From assembly GCA_964016885.1 (NCBI GenBank), contig OZ024741.1:255192001-255256000 (forward strand): 64,000 nucleotides of DNA, in the 5' to 3' direction. Below the pieces are notes generated by a model. That model made no database searches. It was given only the letters and a program-made list of their open reading frames with translations, and was not told the DNA's origin. A program made the translations under genes and the position numbers. Within the stretch, counting starts at the first letter, position 1. Every line of letters starts with the position of its first letter. This document shows, one piece after another, positions 12,588 through 26,300 of the stretch. The stretch comes from Eledone cirrhosa (taxonomy: Eukaryota).

Positions 12588-15500
12588 GTTGTTGTTGCTG
12601 TTTTCTCTGTCAGTGCCAGTGTTGTAGTTGTTGCTGTTTTCTCTGTCAGTGCCAGTGTTGTTGTAGTTGTTGCTGTTTTCTGTGTCAGTGCAAGTGTTGT
12701 TGTTGTTGCTGTTTTCTGTGTCAGTGCCAGTGTTGTTGTTGTTGCTATTTTCACTGTCAGTGCCAGTGTTGTTGCTGTTGCTGTTTTCTCTGTCAGTGCC
12801 AGTGATGTTGTAGTTGTTGCTGTTTTCTGTGTTAGTGCCAGTGTTGTTGTAGTTGTTGCTGTTTTCTGTGTCAGTGCCAGTGATGTTGCTGTTGATGTTT
12901 TCTCTGTCAGTGCCAGTGTTGTTGTAGTTGTTGCTGCTTTCTCTGTCAGTGCCAGTGTTGTTGTAGTTGTTGCTGTTTTCTGTGTCAGTGCCAGTGTTGT
13001 TGTTGTTGCTGTTTTCTCTGTCAGTGCCAGTGTTGTTGTAGTTGTTGCTGTTTTCTGTGTCAGTGCCACTGTTGTTGTTGCTGTTTTCTCTGTCAGTGCC
13101 AGTGTTGTTGTAGTTTTTGCTGTTTTCTGTGTCAGTGCCAGTGTTGTTGTTGCTGTTTTCTGTGTCAGTGCCAGTGTTGTTGTTGTTGCTGTTTTCTCTG
13201 TCAGTGCCAGTGTTGTTGCTGTTGCTATTTTCACTGTTAGTGCCAGTGTTGTTGTTGTTGCTGTTTTCTGTGTCAGTGCCAGTGTTGTTGTTGTTGCTGT
13301 TTTCTTTGTCAGTGCCAGTGTTGTTGTTGTTACTGTTGCTGTTTTCTGTGTCAGTTCCAGTGTTGCTGTTGCTGTTTTCTGTGCCAGTGCCAGTGTTATT
13401 GTTGCTGTTGTTGCTGTTCTCTGTGTCAGTGCCACGGTTGTTGTTGCTGTTGTTGCTGTTTTCTGTGTCAGTGCCAGTGTTGTTGTTGGTGTTTTCTGTG
13501 TCAGTGCCAGTGTTGTTGTTGCTGTTTTCTGTGCCAGTGTTGTTGTAGTTGTTGCTGTTTTCTGTGTCAGTGCCGGTGTTGTTGTTGTTGCTGTTTTCTC
13601 TGTCAGCGCCAGTGTTGTTGTTGTTGCTGTTTTCTCTGTCAGTGCCAGTGTTGTTGTTGTTGCTGTTTTCTGTGTCAGTGCCAGTGTTGTTGTAGTTGTT
13701 GCTGTTTTCTGTGTCAGTGCCAGTGTTGTTGTAGTTGTTGCTGTTTTCTGTGTCAGTGCCAGTGTTGTTGTAGTTGTTGCTGTTTTCTCTGTCAGTGCCA
13801 GTGTTGTTGTAGTTGTTGCTGTTTTCTCTGTCAGTGCCAGTGTTGTTGTAGTTGTTGATGTTTTCTGTGTCAATGCCAGTGTTGTTGTTGTTGCTGTTTT
13901 CTCTGTCAGTGCCAGTGTTGTAGTTGTTGCTGTTTTCTCTGTCAGTGCCAGTGTTGTTGTAGTTGTTGCTGTTTTCTGTGTCAGTGCCAGTGTTGTTGCT
14001 GTTGTTGCTGTTTTCTGTGTCAGTGCCAGTGTTGTTGTTGTTGCTGTTTTCTCTGTCAGTGCCAGTGTTGTTGTAGTTATTGCTGTTTTCTGTGTCAGTG
14101 CCACTGTTGTTGTTGCTGTTTTCTGTGTCGGTGACAGTGTTGTTGTTGTTGCTGTTTTCTCTGTCAGTGCCAGTGTTGTTGTTGCTGTTATCTCTGTCAG
14201 TGCCAGTGTTGTTGTTGCTGTTTTCTGTGTCAGTGCCATTGTTATTGATGTTGTTGCTGTTTTCTCTGTCAGTGCCAGTGTTGTTGTTGCTGTTGTTGCT
14301 GTTGCTGTTTTCTCTGTCAGTGCCAGTGTTGTTGTAGTTGTTGCTGTTTTCTCTGTCAGTGCCAGTGTTGTAGTTGTTGCTGTTTTCTGTGTCAGTGCCA
14401 GTGTTGTTGCTGTTGCTGTTTTCTCTGTCAGTGCCAGTGTTGTTGTAGTTGTTGTTGCTGTTTTCTCTGTCAGTGCCAGTGTTGTTGTAGTTGTTGCTGT
14501 TTTCTGTGTCAGTGCCGGTGTTGTTGTTGTTCCTGTTTTCTCTGTCAATGCCAGTGTTGTTGTTGTTGCTGTTTTCTCTGTCAGTGCCAGTGTTGTTGTT
14601 GTTGCTGTTTTCTGTGTCAGTGCCAGTGTTGTTGTTGTTGCTGTTTTCTGTGTCAGTGCCAGTGTTGTTGTAGTTGTTGCTGTTTTCTGTGCCAGTGCCA
14701 GTGTTGTTGTAGTTGTTGCTGTTTTCTGTGTCAGTGCCAGTGTTGTTGTAGTTGTTGCTGTTTTCTCTGTGAGTGCCAGTGTTGTTGTAGTTGTTGCTGT
14801 TTTCTCTGTCAGTGCCAGTGTTGTTGTAGTTGTTGCTGTTTTCTGTGTCAGTGCCAGTGTTGTTGTTGTTGCTGTTTTCTCTGTCAGTGCCAGTGTTGTT
14901 GTTGCTGTTTTCTGTGCCAGTGTTGTTGTAGTTGTTGCTGTTTTCTGTGTCAGTGCCGGTGTTGTTGTTGTTGCTGTTTTCTCTGTCAGCGCCAGTGTTG
15001 TTGTTGTTGCTGTTTTCTCTGTCAGTGCCAGTGTTGTTGTTGTTGCTGTTTTCTGTGTCAGTGCCAGTGTTGTTGTTGTTGTTGCTGTTTTCTGTGTCAG
15101 TGCCAGTGTTGTTGTAGTTGTTGCTGTTTTCTCTGTCAGTGCCAGTGTTGTTGTAGTTGTTGCTGTTTTCTCTGTCAGTGCCAGTGTTGTTGTAGTTGTT
15201 GCTGTTTTCTCTGTCAGTGCCAGTGTTGTTGTAGTTGTTGATGTTTTCTGTGTCAATGCCAGTGTTGTTGTTGTTGCTGTTTTCTCTGTCAGTGCCAGTG
15301 TTGTAGTTGTTGCTGTTTTCTCTGTCAGTGCCAGTGTTGTTGTAGTTGTTGCTGTTTTCTGTGTCAGTGCCAGTGTTGTTGCTGTTGTTGCTGTTTTCTG
15401 TGTCAGTGCCAGTGTTGTTGTTGTTGCTGTTTTCTCTGTCAGTGCCAGTGTTTTTGTTGTTGCTGTTTTCTGTGTCAGTGCCAGTGTTGTTCTAGTTGTT

Positions 15501-18500
15501 GCTGTTTTCTGTGTCAGTGCCAGTGTTGTTATAGTTGTTGCTGTTTTCTCTGTCAGTGTCAGTGTTGTTGTAGTTGTTGCTGTTTTCTCTGTCAGTGCCA
15601 GTGTTTTTGTAGTTGTTGCTGTTTTCTGTGTCAGTGCCAGTGTTGTTGTTGTTGCTGTTTTCTCTGTCAGTGCCAGTGTTGTTGTTGCTGTTTTCTCTGT
15701 CAGTGCCAATGTTGTTGTAGTTATTGCTGTTTTCTGTGTCAGTGCCACTGTTGTTGTTGCTGTTTTCTGTGTCGGTGCCAGTGTTGTTGTTGTTGCTGTT
15801 TTCTCTGTCAGTGCCAGTGTTGTTGTTGCTGTTTTCTCTGTCAGTGCCAATGTTGTTGTAGTTGTTGCTGTTTTCTGTGTCAGTGCCAGTGTTGTTGTTG
15901 TTGCTGTTTTCTCTGTCAGTGCCAGTGATGTTGTAGTTGTTGCTGTTTTCTCTGTCAGTGCCAGTGTTGTTGTAGTTGTTGCTGTTTTCTCTGTCAGTGC
16001 CAGTGTTGTTGTAGTTGTTGCTGTTTTCTGTGTCAGTGCCAGTGTTGTTGTTGTTGCTGTTTTCTCTGTCAGTGCCAGTGTTGTTGTAGTTGTTGCTGTT
16101 TTCTCTGTCAGTGCCAGTGTTGTTGTAGTTGTTGCTGTTTTTTGTGTCAGTGCCAGTGTTGTTGTAGTTGTTGCTGTTTTTTGTGTCAGTGCCAGTGTTG
16201 TTGTAGTTGTTGCTGTTTTCTCTGTCAGTGCCAGTGTTGTTGTTGTTGTTGCTGTTTTCTCTGTCAGTGCCAGTGTTGTAGTTGTTGCTGTTTTCTCTGT
16301 CAGTGCCAGTGTTGTTGTAGTTGTTGCTGTTTTCTGTGTCAGTGCCAGTGTTGTTGTTGTTGCTGTTTTCTCTGTCAGTGCCAGTGTTGTTGTTGTTGTT
16401 ATTTTCACTGTCAGTGCCAGTGTTGTTGCTGTTGCTGTTTTCTCTGTCAGTGCCAGTGATGTTGTAGTTGTTGGTGTTTTCTGTGTTAGTGCCAGTGTTG
16501 TTGTAGTTGTTGCTGTTTTCTGTGTCAGTGCCAGTGTTGTTGCTGTTGCTGTTTTCTCTGTCAGTGCCAGTGTTGTTGTAGTTGTTGCTGCTTTCTCTGT
16601 CAGTGCCAGTGTTGTTGTAGTTGTTGTTGTTTTCTGTGTCAGTGCCAGTGTTGTTGTTGTTGCTGTTTTCTCTGTCAGTGCCAGTGTTGTTGTAGTTGTT
16701 GCTGTTTTCTGTGTCAGTGCCACTGTTGTTGTTGCTGTTTTCTCTGTCAGTGCTAGTGTTGTTGTAGTTTTTGCTGTTTTCTGTGTCAGTGCCAGTGTTG
16801 TTGTGGCTGTTTTCTGTGTCAGTGCCAGTGTTGTTGTTGTTGCTGTTTTCTCTGTCAGTGCCAGTGTTGTTGCTGTTGCTATTTTCTCTGTCAGTGCCAG
16901 TGTTGTTGTTGTTGCTGTTTTCTGTGTCAGTGCCAGTGTTGTTGTTGTTGCTGTTTTCTTTGTCAGTGCCAGTGTTGTTGTTGTTACTGTTGCTATTTTC
17001 TGTGTCAGTTCCAGTGTTGCTGTTGCTGTTTTCTGTGCCAGTGCCAGTGTTATTGTTGCTGTTGTTGCTGTTTTCTGTGTCAGTGCCACGGTTGTTGTTG
17101 CTGTTGTTGCTGTTTTCTGTGTCAGTGCCAGTGTTGTTGTTGCTGTTTTCTGTGTCAGTGCCAGTGTTGTTGTTGCTGTTGTTGCTGTTTTCCGTGCCAG
17201 TGTTGATGTAGTTGTTGCTGTTTTCTGTGTCAGTGCCGGTGTTGTTGTTGTTGCTGTTTTCTCTGTCAGTGCCAGTGTTGTTGTTGTTGCTGTTTTCTCT
17301 GTCAGTGCCAGTGTTGTTGTTGTTGCTGTTTTCTGTGTCAGTGCCAGTGTTGTTGTAGTAGTTGCTGTTTTCTGTGTCAGTGCCAGTGTTGTTGTAGTTG
17401 TTGCTGTTTTCTGTGTCAGTGCCAGTGTTGTTGTAGTTGTTGCTGTTTTCTCTGTCAGTGCCAGTGTTGTTGTAGTTGTTGCTGTTTTCTCTGTCAGTGC
17501 CAGTGTTGTTGTAGTTGTTGCTGTTTTCTGTGTCAATGCCAGTGTTGTTGTTGTTGCTGTTTTCTCTGTCAGTGCCAGTGTTGTAGTTGTTGCTGTTTTC
17601 TCTGTCAGTGCCAGTGTTGTTGTAGTTGTTGCTGTTTTCTGTGTCAGTGCCAGTGTTGTTGCTGTTGTTGCTGTTTTCTGTGTCAGTGCCGGTGTTGTTG
17701 TTGTTGCTGTTTTCTCTGTCAGTGTCAGTGTTGTTGTTGTTGCTGTTTTCTCTGTCAGTGTCAGTGTTTTTGTTGTTGCTGTTTTCTGTGTCAGTGCCAG
17801 TGTTGTTCTAGTTGTTGCTGTTTTCTGTGTCAGTGCCAGTGTTGTTGTAGTTGTTGCTGTTTTCTCTGTCAGTGCCAGTGTTGTTGTAGTTGTTGCTGTT
17901 TTCTCTGTCAGTGCCAGTGTTGTTGTAGTTGTTGCTGTTTTCTGTGTCAGTGCCAGTGTTGTTGTTGTTGCTGTTTTCTCTGTCAGTGCCAGTGTTGTTG
18001 TAGTTATTGCTGTTTTCTGTGTCAGTGCCACTGTTGTTGTTGCTGTTTTCTGTGTCAGTGCCAGTGTTGTTGTTGTTGCTGTTTTCTCTGTCAGTGCCAG
18101 TGTTGTTGTTGCTGTTTTCTGTGTCAGTGCCATTGTTATTGCTGTTGTTGCTGTTTTCTCTGTCAGTGCCAGTGTTGTTGTAGTTGTTGCTGTTTTCTCT
18201 GTCAGTGCCAGTGTTGTTGTTGCTGTTTTCTGTGTCAGTGCCATTGTTATTGCTGTTGTTGCTGTTTTTTCTGTCAGTGTCAGTGTTGTTGTAGTTGTTG
18301 CTGTTTTCTCTGTCAGTGCCAGTGTTGTTGTAATTGTTGCTGTTTTCTGTGTCAGTGCCACTGTTGTTGCTGTTGTTGCTGTTTTCTGTGTCAGTGCCAG
18401 TGTTATTGCTGTTGTTGCTGTTTTCTGTGTCAGTGCCAGTGTTGTTGTTGTTGCTGTTTTCTGTGTCAGTGCCAGTGTTGTTGTTGCTATTTTCACTGTC

Positions 18501-21500
18501 AGTGCCAGTGTTGTTGTAGTTGTTGCTGTTTTCTGTGTCAGTGCCAGTGTTGTTGTTGTTGCTGTTTTCTCTGTCAGTGCCAGTGTTGTTGTAGCTGTTG
18601 CTGTTTTCTGTGTCAGTGCCAGTGTTGTTGTAGTTGTTGCTGTTTTCTCTGTCAGTGCCAGTGTTGTTGTAGTTGTTGCTGTTTTCTCTGTCAGTGCCAG
18701 TGTTGTTGTAGTTGTTGCTGTTTTCTCTGTCAGTGCCAGCGTTGTTGTAGTTGTTGCTGTTTTCTGTGTCAGTGCCAGTGTTGTTGTTGTTGCTGTTTTC
18801 TCTGTCAGTGCCAGTGTTGTTGTAGTTTTTGCTGTTTTCTCTGTCAGTGCCAGTGTTGTTGTAGTTGTTGCTGTTTTTTGTGTCAGTGCCAGTGTTGTTG
18901 TAGTTGTTGCTGTTTTCTCTGTCAGTGCCAGTGTTGTTGTTGTTGTTGCTGTTTTTCTGTCAGTGCCAGTGTTGTAGTTGTTGCTGTATTCTCTGTCAGT
19001 GCCAGTGTTGTTGTAGTTGTTGCTGTTTTCTGTGTCAGTGCCAGTGTTGTTGTTGTTGCTGTTTTCTGTGTCAGTGCTAGTGTTGTTGTTGTTGCTATTT
19101 TCACTGTCAGTGCCAGTGTTGTTGCTGTTGCTGTTTTCTCTGTCAGTGCCAGTGATGTTGTAGTTGTTGCTGTTTTCTGTGTTAGTGCCAGTGTTGTTGT
19201 AGTTGTTGCTGTTTTCTGTGTCAGTGCCAGTGTTGTTGCTGTTGCTGTTTTCTCTGTCAGTGCCAGTGTTGTTGTAGTTGTTGCTGCTTTCTCTGTCAGT
19301 GCCAGTGTTGTTGTAGTTGTTTCTGTTTTCTGTGTCAGTGCCAGTGTTGTTGTTGTTGCTGTTTTCTCTGTCAGTGCCAGTGTTGTTGTAGTTGTTGCTG
19401 TTTTCTGTGTCAGTGCCACTGTTGTTGTTGCTGTTTTCTGTGTCTGTGCCAGTGTTGTTGTTGTTGCTGTTTTCTCTGTCAGTGCCAGTGTTGTTGTTGC
19501 TGTTTTCTCTGTCAGTGCCAGTGTTGTTGTTGTTGCTGTTTTCTGTGTCAGTGCCAGTGTTGTTGTAGTTGTTGCTGTTTTCTGTGTCAGTGCCAGTGTT
19601 GTTGTAGTTGTTACTGTTTTCTCTGTCAGTGCCAGTGTTGTTGTAGTTGTTGCTGTTTTCTCTGTCAGTGCCATTGTTGTTGTAGTTGTTGCTGTTTTCT
19701 GTGTCAGTGTCAGTGTTTTTGTTGTTGCTGTTTTCTCTGTCAGTGCCAGTGTTGTTGTTGTTGCTGTTTTCTGTGTCAGTGCCAGTGTTGTTGTTGCTAT
19801 TTTCACTGTCAGTGCCAGTGTTGTTGTAGTTGTTGCTGTTTTCTGTGTCAGTGCCAGTGTTGTTGTTGTTGCTGTTTTCTCTGTCAGTGCCAGTGTTGTT
19901 GTAGTTGTTGCTGTTTACTGTGTCAGTGCCATTGTTGTTGTAGTTGTTGCTGTTTTCTCTGTTAGTGCCAGTGTTGTTGTAGTTGTTGCTGTTTTCTCTG
20001 TCAGTGCCAGTGTTGTTGTAGTTGTTGCTGTTTTCTCTGTCAGTGCCAGTGTTGTTGTAGTTGTTGCTGTTTTTTGTGTCAGTGCCAGTGTTGTTGTAGT
20101 TGTTGCTGTTTTTTCTGTCAGTGCCAGTGTTGTTGTTGTTGTTGCTGTTTTCTCTGTCAGTGCCAGTGTTGTAGTTGTTGCTGTTTTCTCTGTCAGTGCC
20201 AGTGTTGTTGTAGTTGTTGCTGTTTTCTGTGTCAGTGCAAGTGTTGTTGTTGTTGCTGTTTTCTGTGTCAGTGCCAGTGTTGTTGTTGTTGCTATTTTCA
20301 CTGTCAGTGCCAGTGTTGTTGCTGTTGCTGTTTTCTCTGTCAGTGCCAGTGATGTTGTAGTTGTTGCTGTTTTCTGTGTTAGTGCCAGTGTTGTTGTAGT
20401 TGTTGCTGTTTTCTGTGTCAGTGCCAGTGTTGTTGCTGTTGCTGTTTTCTCTGTCAGTGCCAGTGTTGTTGTAGTTGTTGCTGCTTTCTCTGTCAGTGCC
20501 AGTGTTGTTGTAGTTGTTGCTGTTTTCTGTGTCAGTGCCAGTGTTGTTGTTGTTGCTGTTTTCTCTGTCAGTGCCAGTGTTGCTGTAGTTGTTGCTGTTT
20601 TCTGTGTCAGTGCCACTGTTGTTGTTGCTGTTTTCTCTGTCAGTGCCAGTGTTGTTGTAGTTTTTGCTGTTTTCTGTGTCAGTGCCAGTGTTGTTGTTGT
20701 TGCTGTTTTCTCTGTCAGTGCCAGTGTTGTTGCTGTTGCTATTTTCACTGTTAGTGCCAGTGTTGTTGTTGTTGCTGTTTTCTGTGTCAGTGCCAGTGTT
20801 GTTGTTGTTGCTGTTTTCTTTGTCAGTGCCAGTGTTGTTGTTGTTACTGTTGCTGTTTTCTGTGTCAGTTCCAGTGTTGCTGTTGCTGTTTTCTGTGCCA
20901 GTGCCAGTGTTATTGTTGCTGTTGTTGCTGTTTTCTGTGTCAGTGCCACGGTTGTTGTTGCTGTTGTTGCTGTTTTCTGTGTCAGTGCCAGTGTTGTTGT
21001 TGGTGTTTTCTGTGTCAGTGCCAGTGTTGTTGTTGCTGTTTTCTGTGCCAGTGTTGTTGTAGTTGTTGCTGTTTTCTGTGTCAGTGCCGGTGTTGTTGTT
21101 GTTGCTGTTTTCTCTGTCAGCGCCAGTGTTGTTGTTGTTGCTGTTTTCTCTGTCAGTGCCAGTGTTGTTGTTGTTGCTGTTTTCTGTGTCAGTGCCAGTG
21201 TTGTTGTAGTTGTTGCTGTTTTCTGTGTGAGTGCCAGTGTTGTTGTAGTTGTTGCTGTTTTCTGTGTCAGTGCCAGTGTTGTTGTAGTTGTTGCTGTTTT
21301 CTCTGTCAGTGCCAGTGTTGTTGTAGTTGTTGCTGTTTTCTCTGTCAGTGCCAGTGTTGTTGTAGTTGTTGATGTTTTCTGTGTCAATGCCAGTGTTGTT
21401 GTTGTTGCTGTTTTCTCTGTCAGTGCCAGTGTTGTAGTTGTTGCTGTTTTCTCTGTCAGTGCCAGTGTTGTTGTAGTTGTTGCTGTTTTCTGTGTCAGTG

Positions 21501-23350
21501 CCAGTGTTGTTGCTGTTGTTGCTGTTTTCTGTGTCAGTGCCAGTGTTGTTGTTGTTGCTGTTTTCTCTGTCAGTGCCAGTGTTGTTGTAGTTATTGCTGT
21601 TTTCTGTGTCAGTGCCACTGTTGTTGTTGCTGTTTTCTGTGTCGGTGACAGTGTTGTTGTTGTTGCTGTTTTCTCTGTCAGTGCCAGTGTTGTTGTTGCT
21701 GTTATCTCTGTCAGTGCCAGTGTTGTTGTTGCTGTTTTCTGTGTCAGTGCCATTGTTATTGATGTTGTTGCTGTTTTCTCTGTCAGTGCCAGTGTTGTTG
21801 TTGCTGTTGTTGCTGTTGCTGTTTTCTCTGTCAGTGCCAGTGTTGTTGTAGTTGTTGCTGTTTTCTCTGTCAGTGCCAGTGTTGTAGTTGTTGCTGTTTT
21901 CTGTGTCAGTGCCAGTGTTGTTGCTGTTGCTGTTTTCTCTGTCAGTGCCAGTGTTGTTGTAGTTGTTGTTGCTGTTTTCTCTCTCAGTGCCAGTGTTGTT
22001 GTAGTTGTTGCTGTTTTCTGTGTCAGTGCCGGTGTTGTTGTTGTTGCTGTTTTCTCTGTCAATGCCAGTGTTGTTGTTGTTGCTGTTTTCTCTGTCAGTG
22101 CCAGTGTTGTTGTTGTTGCTGTTTTCTGTGTCAGTGCCAGTGTTGTTGTTGTTGCTGTTTTCTGTGTCAGTGCCAGTGTTGTTGTAGTTGTTGCTGTTTT
22201 CTGTGCCAGTGCCAGTGTTGTTGTAGTTGTTGCTGTTTTCTGTGTCAGTGCTAGTGTTGTTGTAGTTGTTGCTGTTTTCTCTGTCAGTGCCAGTGTTGTT
22301 GTAGTTGTTGCTGTTTTCTGTGTCAGTGCCAGTGTTGTTGTTGTTGCTGTTTTCTCTGTCAGTGCCAGTGTTGTTGTTGCTGTTTTCTGTGCCAGTGTTG
22401 TTGTAGTTGTTGCTGTTTTCTGTGTCAGTGCCGGTGTTGTTGTTGTTGGTGTTTTCTCTGTCAGCGCCAGTGTTGTTGTTGTTGCTGTTTTCTCTGTCAG
22501 TGCCAGTGTTGTTGTTGTTGCTGTTTTCTGTGTCAGTGCCAGTGTTGTTGTAGTTGTTGCTGTTTTCTGTGTCAGTGCCAGTGTTGTTGTAGTTGTTGCT
22601 GTTTTCTCTGTCAGTGCCAGTGTTGTTGTAGTTCTTGCTGTTTTCTCTGTCAGTGCCAGTGTTGTTGTAGTTGTTGATGTTTTCTGTGTCAATGCCAGTG
22701 TTGTTGTTGTTGCTGTTTTCTCTGTCAGTGCCAGTGTTGTAGTTGTTGCTGTTTTCTCTGTCAGTGCCAGTGTTGTTGTAGTTGTTGCTGTTTTCTGTGT
22801 CAGTGCCAGTGTTGTTGCTGTTGTTGCTGTTTTCTGTGTCAGTGCCAGTGTTGTTGTTGTTGCTGTTTTCTCTGTCAGTGCCAGTGTTTTTGTTGTTGCT
22901 GTTTTATGTGTCAGTGCCAGTGTTGTTATAGTTGTTGCTGTTTTCTCTGTCAGTGCCAGTGTTGTTGTAGTTGTTGCTGTTTTCTCTGTCAGTGCCAGTG
23001 TTTTTGTAGTTGTTGCTGTTTTCTGTGTCAGTGCCAGTGTTGTTGTTGTTGCTGTTTTCTCTGTCAGTGCCAGTGTTGTTGTTGCTGTTTTCTCTGTCAG
23101 TGCCAATGTTGTTGTAGTTATTGCTGTTTTCTGTGTCAGTGCCACTGTTGTTGTTGCTGTTTTCTGTGTCGGTGCCAGTGTTGTTGTTGTTGTTGCTGTT
23201 TTCTCTGTCAGTGCCAGTGTTGTTGTTGCTGTTTTCTCTGTCAGTGCCAATGTTGTTGTAGTTGTTGCTGTTTTCTGTGTCAGTGCCAGTGTTGTTGTTG
23301 TTGCTGTTTTCTCTGTCAGTGCCAGTGATGTTGTAGTTGTTGCTGTTTTC
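8680..23350. repeat. Mosaic continuation of the ~7.3-7.55 kb period: ~8680-11300 matches ~15940-18550, and ~11300-15950 matches ~18850-23350
   Basis: Near-identical ORF-track peptides at 9495/16771 (offset 7276), 12527/20074 and 13117/20664 (7547), 14080/21594 and 14491/22005 (7514); GTTTAC at 12368/19915. Boundaries are approximate. Confidence 0.85.
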
Positions 23351-26300
23351 TGTGTTAGTGCCAGTGTTGTTGTAGTTGTTGCTGTTTTCTGTGTCAGTGC
23401 CAGTGTTGTTGCTGTTGCTGTTTTCTCTGTCAGTGCCAGTGTTGTTGTAGTTGTTGCTGCTTTCTCTGTCAGTGCCAGTGTTGTTGTAGTTGTTGCTGTT
23501 TTCTGTGACAGTGCGAGTGTTGTTGTTGTTGCTGTTTTCTCTGTCAGTGCCAGTGTTGTTGTAGTTGTTGCTGTTTTCTGTGTCAGTGCCACTGTTGTTG
23601 ATGCTGTTTTCTCTGTCAGTGCCAGTGTTGTTGTAGTTTTTGCTGTTTTCTGTGCAGTGCCAGTGTTGTTGTTGTTGCTGTTTTCTCTGTCAGTGCCAGT
23701 GTTGTTGCTGTTGCTATTTTCACTGTCAGTGCCAGTGTTGTTGTTGTTGCCGTTTTCTGTGTCAGTGTCAGTGTTGTTGTTGTTGCTGTTTTCTTTGTCA
23801 GTGCCAGTGTTGTTGTTGTTACTGTTGCTGTTTTCTGTGTCAGTTCCAGTGTTGCTGTTGCTGTTTTCTGTGCCAGTGCCAGTGTTATTGTTGTTGTTGT
23901 TGCTGTTTTCTGTGTCAGTGCCACGGTTGTTGTTGCTGTTGTTGCTGTTTTCTGTGTCAGTGCCAGTGTTGTTGTTGCTGTTTTCTGTGTCAGTGCCAGT
24001 GTTGTTGTTGCTGTTGTTGCTGTTTTCTGTGCCAGTGTTGTTGTAGTTGTTGCTGTTTTCTGTGTCAGTGCCGGTGTTGTTGTTGTTGCTGTTTTCTCTG
24101 TCAGTGCCAGTGTTGTTGTTGTTGCTGTTTTCTGTGTCATTGCCAGTGTTTTCTCTGTCAGTGCCAGTGTTGTAGTTGTTGCTGTTTTCTCTGTCAGTGC
24201 CAGTGTTGTTGTAGTTGTTGCTGTTTTCTGTGTCAGTGCCAGTGTTGTTGCTGTTGTTGCTGTTTTCTGTGTCAGTGCCAGTGTTGTTGTTGTTGCTGTT
24301 TTCTCTGTCAGTGCCAGTGTTTTTGTTGTTGCTGTTTTCTGTGTCAGTGCCAGTGTTGTTCTAGTTGTTGCTGTTTTCTGTGTCAGTGCCAGTGTTGTTA
24401 TAGTTGTTGCTGTTTTCTCTGTCAGTGCCAGTGTTGTTGTAGTTGTTGCTGTTTTCTGTGTCAGTGCCAGTGTTTTTGTAGTTGTTGCTGTTTTCTGTGT
24501 CAGTGCCAGTGTTGTTGTTGTTGCTGTTTTCTCTGTCAGTGCCAGTGTTGTTGCTGTTGTTGCTGTTTTCTGTGTCAGTGCCAGTGTTGTTGTTGTTGCT
24601 GTTTTCTCTGTCAGTGCCAGTGTTTTTGTTGTTGCTGTTTTCTGTGTCAGTGCCAGTGTTGTTATAGTTGTTGCTGTTTTCTCTGTCAGTGCCAGTGTTG
24701 TTGTAGTTGTTGCTGTTTTCTCTGTCAGTGCCAGTGTTTTTGTAGTTGTTGCTGTTTTCTGTGTCAGTGCCAGTGTTGTTGTTGTTGCTGTTTTCTCTGT
24801 CAGTGCCAGTGTTGTTGTTGCTGTTTTCTCTGTCAGTGCCAATGTTGTTGTAGTTATTGCTGTTTTCTGTGTCAGTGCCACTGTTGTTGTTGCTGTTTTC
24901 TGTGTCGGTGCCAGTGTTGTTGTTGTTGTTGCTGTTTTCTCTGTCAGTGCCAGTGTTGTTGTTGCTGTTTTCTCTGTCAGTGCCAATGTTGTTGTAGTTG
25001 TTGCTGTTTTCTGTGTCAGTGCCAGTGTTGTTGTTGTTGCTGTTTTCTCTGTCAGTGCCAGTGATGTTGTAGTTGTTGCTGTTTTCTGTGTTAGTGCCAG
25101 TGTTGTTGTAGTTGTTGCTGTTTTCTGTGTCAGTGCCAGTGTTGTTGCTGTTGCTGTTTTCTCTGTCAGTGCCAGTGTTGTTGTAGTTGTTGCTGCTTTC
25201 TCTGTCAGTGCCAGTGTTGTTGTAGTTGTTGCTGTTTTCTGTGACAGTGCGAGTGTTGTTGTTGTTGCTGTTTTCTCTGTCAGTGCCAGTGTTGTTGTAG
25301 TTGTTGCTGTTTTCTGTGTCAGTGCCACTGTTGTTGATGCTGTTTTCTCTGTCAGTGCCAGTGTTGTTGTAGTTTTTGCTGTTTTCTGTGCAGTGCCAGT
25401 GTTGTTGTTGTTGCTGTTTTCTCTGTCAGTGCCAGTGTTGTTGCTGTTGCTATTTTCACTGTCAGTGCCAGTGTTGTTGTTGTTGCCGTTTTCTGTGTCA
25501 GTGTCAGTGTTGTTGTTGTTGCTGTTTTCTTTGTCAGTGCCAGTGTTGTTGTTGTTACTGTTGCTGTTTTCTGTGTCAGTTCCAGTGTTGCTGTTGCTGT
25601 TTTCTGTGCCAGTGCCAGTGTTATTGTTGTTGTTGTTGCTGTTTTCTGTGTCAGTGCCACGGTTGTTGTTGCTGTTGTTGCTGTTGTTGCTGTTTTCTGT
25701 GTCAGTGCCAGTGTTGTTGTTGTTGCTGTTTTCTCTGTCAGTGCCAGTGTTTTTGTTGTTGCTGTTTTCTGTGTCAGTGCCAGTGTTGTTCTAGTTGTTG
25801 CTGTTTTCTGTGTCAGTGCCAGTGTTGTTATAGTTGTTGCTGTTTTCTCTGTCAGTGCCAGTGTTGTTGTAGTTGTTGCTGTTTTCTCTGTCAGTGCCAG
25901 TGTTTTTGTAGTTGTTGCTGTTTTCTGTGTCAGTGCCAGTGTTGTTGTTGTTGCTGTTTTCTCTGTCAGTGCCAGTGTTGTTGTAGTTGTTGATGTTTTC
26001 TGTGTCAATGCCAGTGTTGTTGTTGTTGCTGTTTTCTCTGTCAGTGCCAGTGTTGTAGTTGTTGCTGTTTTCTCTGTCAGTGCCAGTGTTGTTGTAGTTG
26101 TTGCAGTTTTCTGTGTCAGTGCCAGTGTTGTTGCTGTTGTTGCTGTTTTCTGTGTCAGTGCCAGTGTTGTTGTTGTTGCTGTTTTCTCTGTCAGTGCCAG
26201 TGTTGTTGTAGTTATTGCTGTTTTCTGTGTCAGTGCCACTGTTGTTGTTGCTGTTTTCTGTGTCGGTGACAGTGTTGTTGTTGTTGCTGTTTTCTCTGTC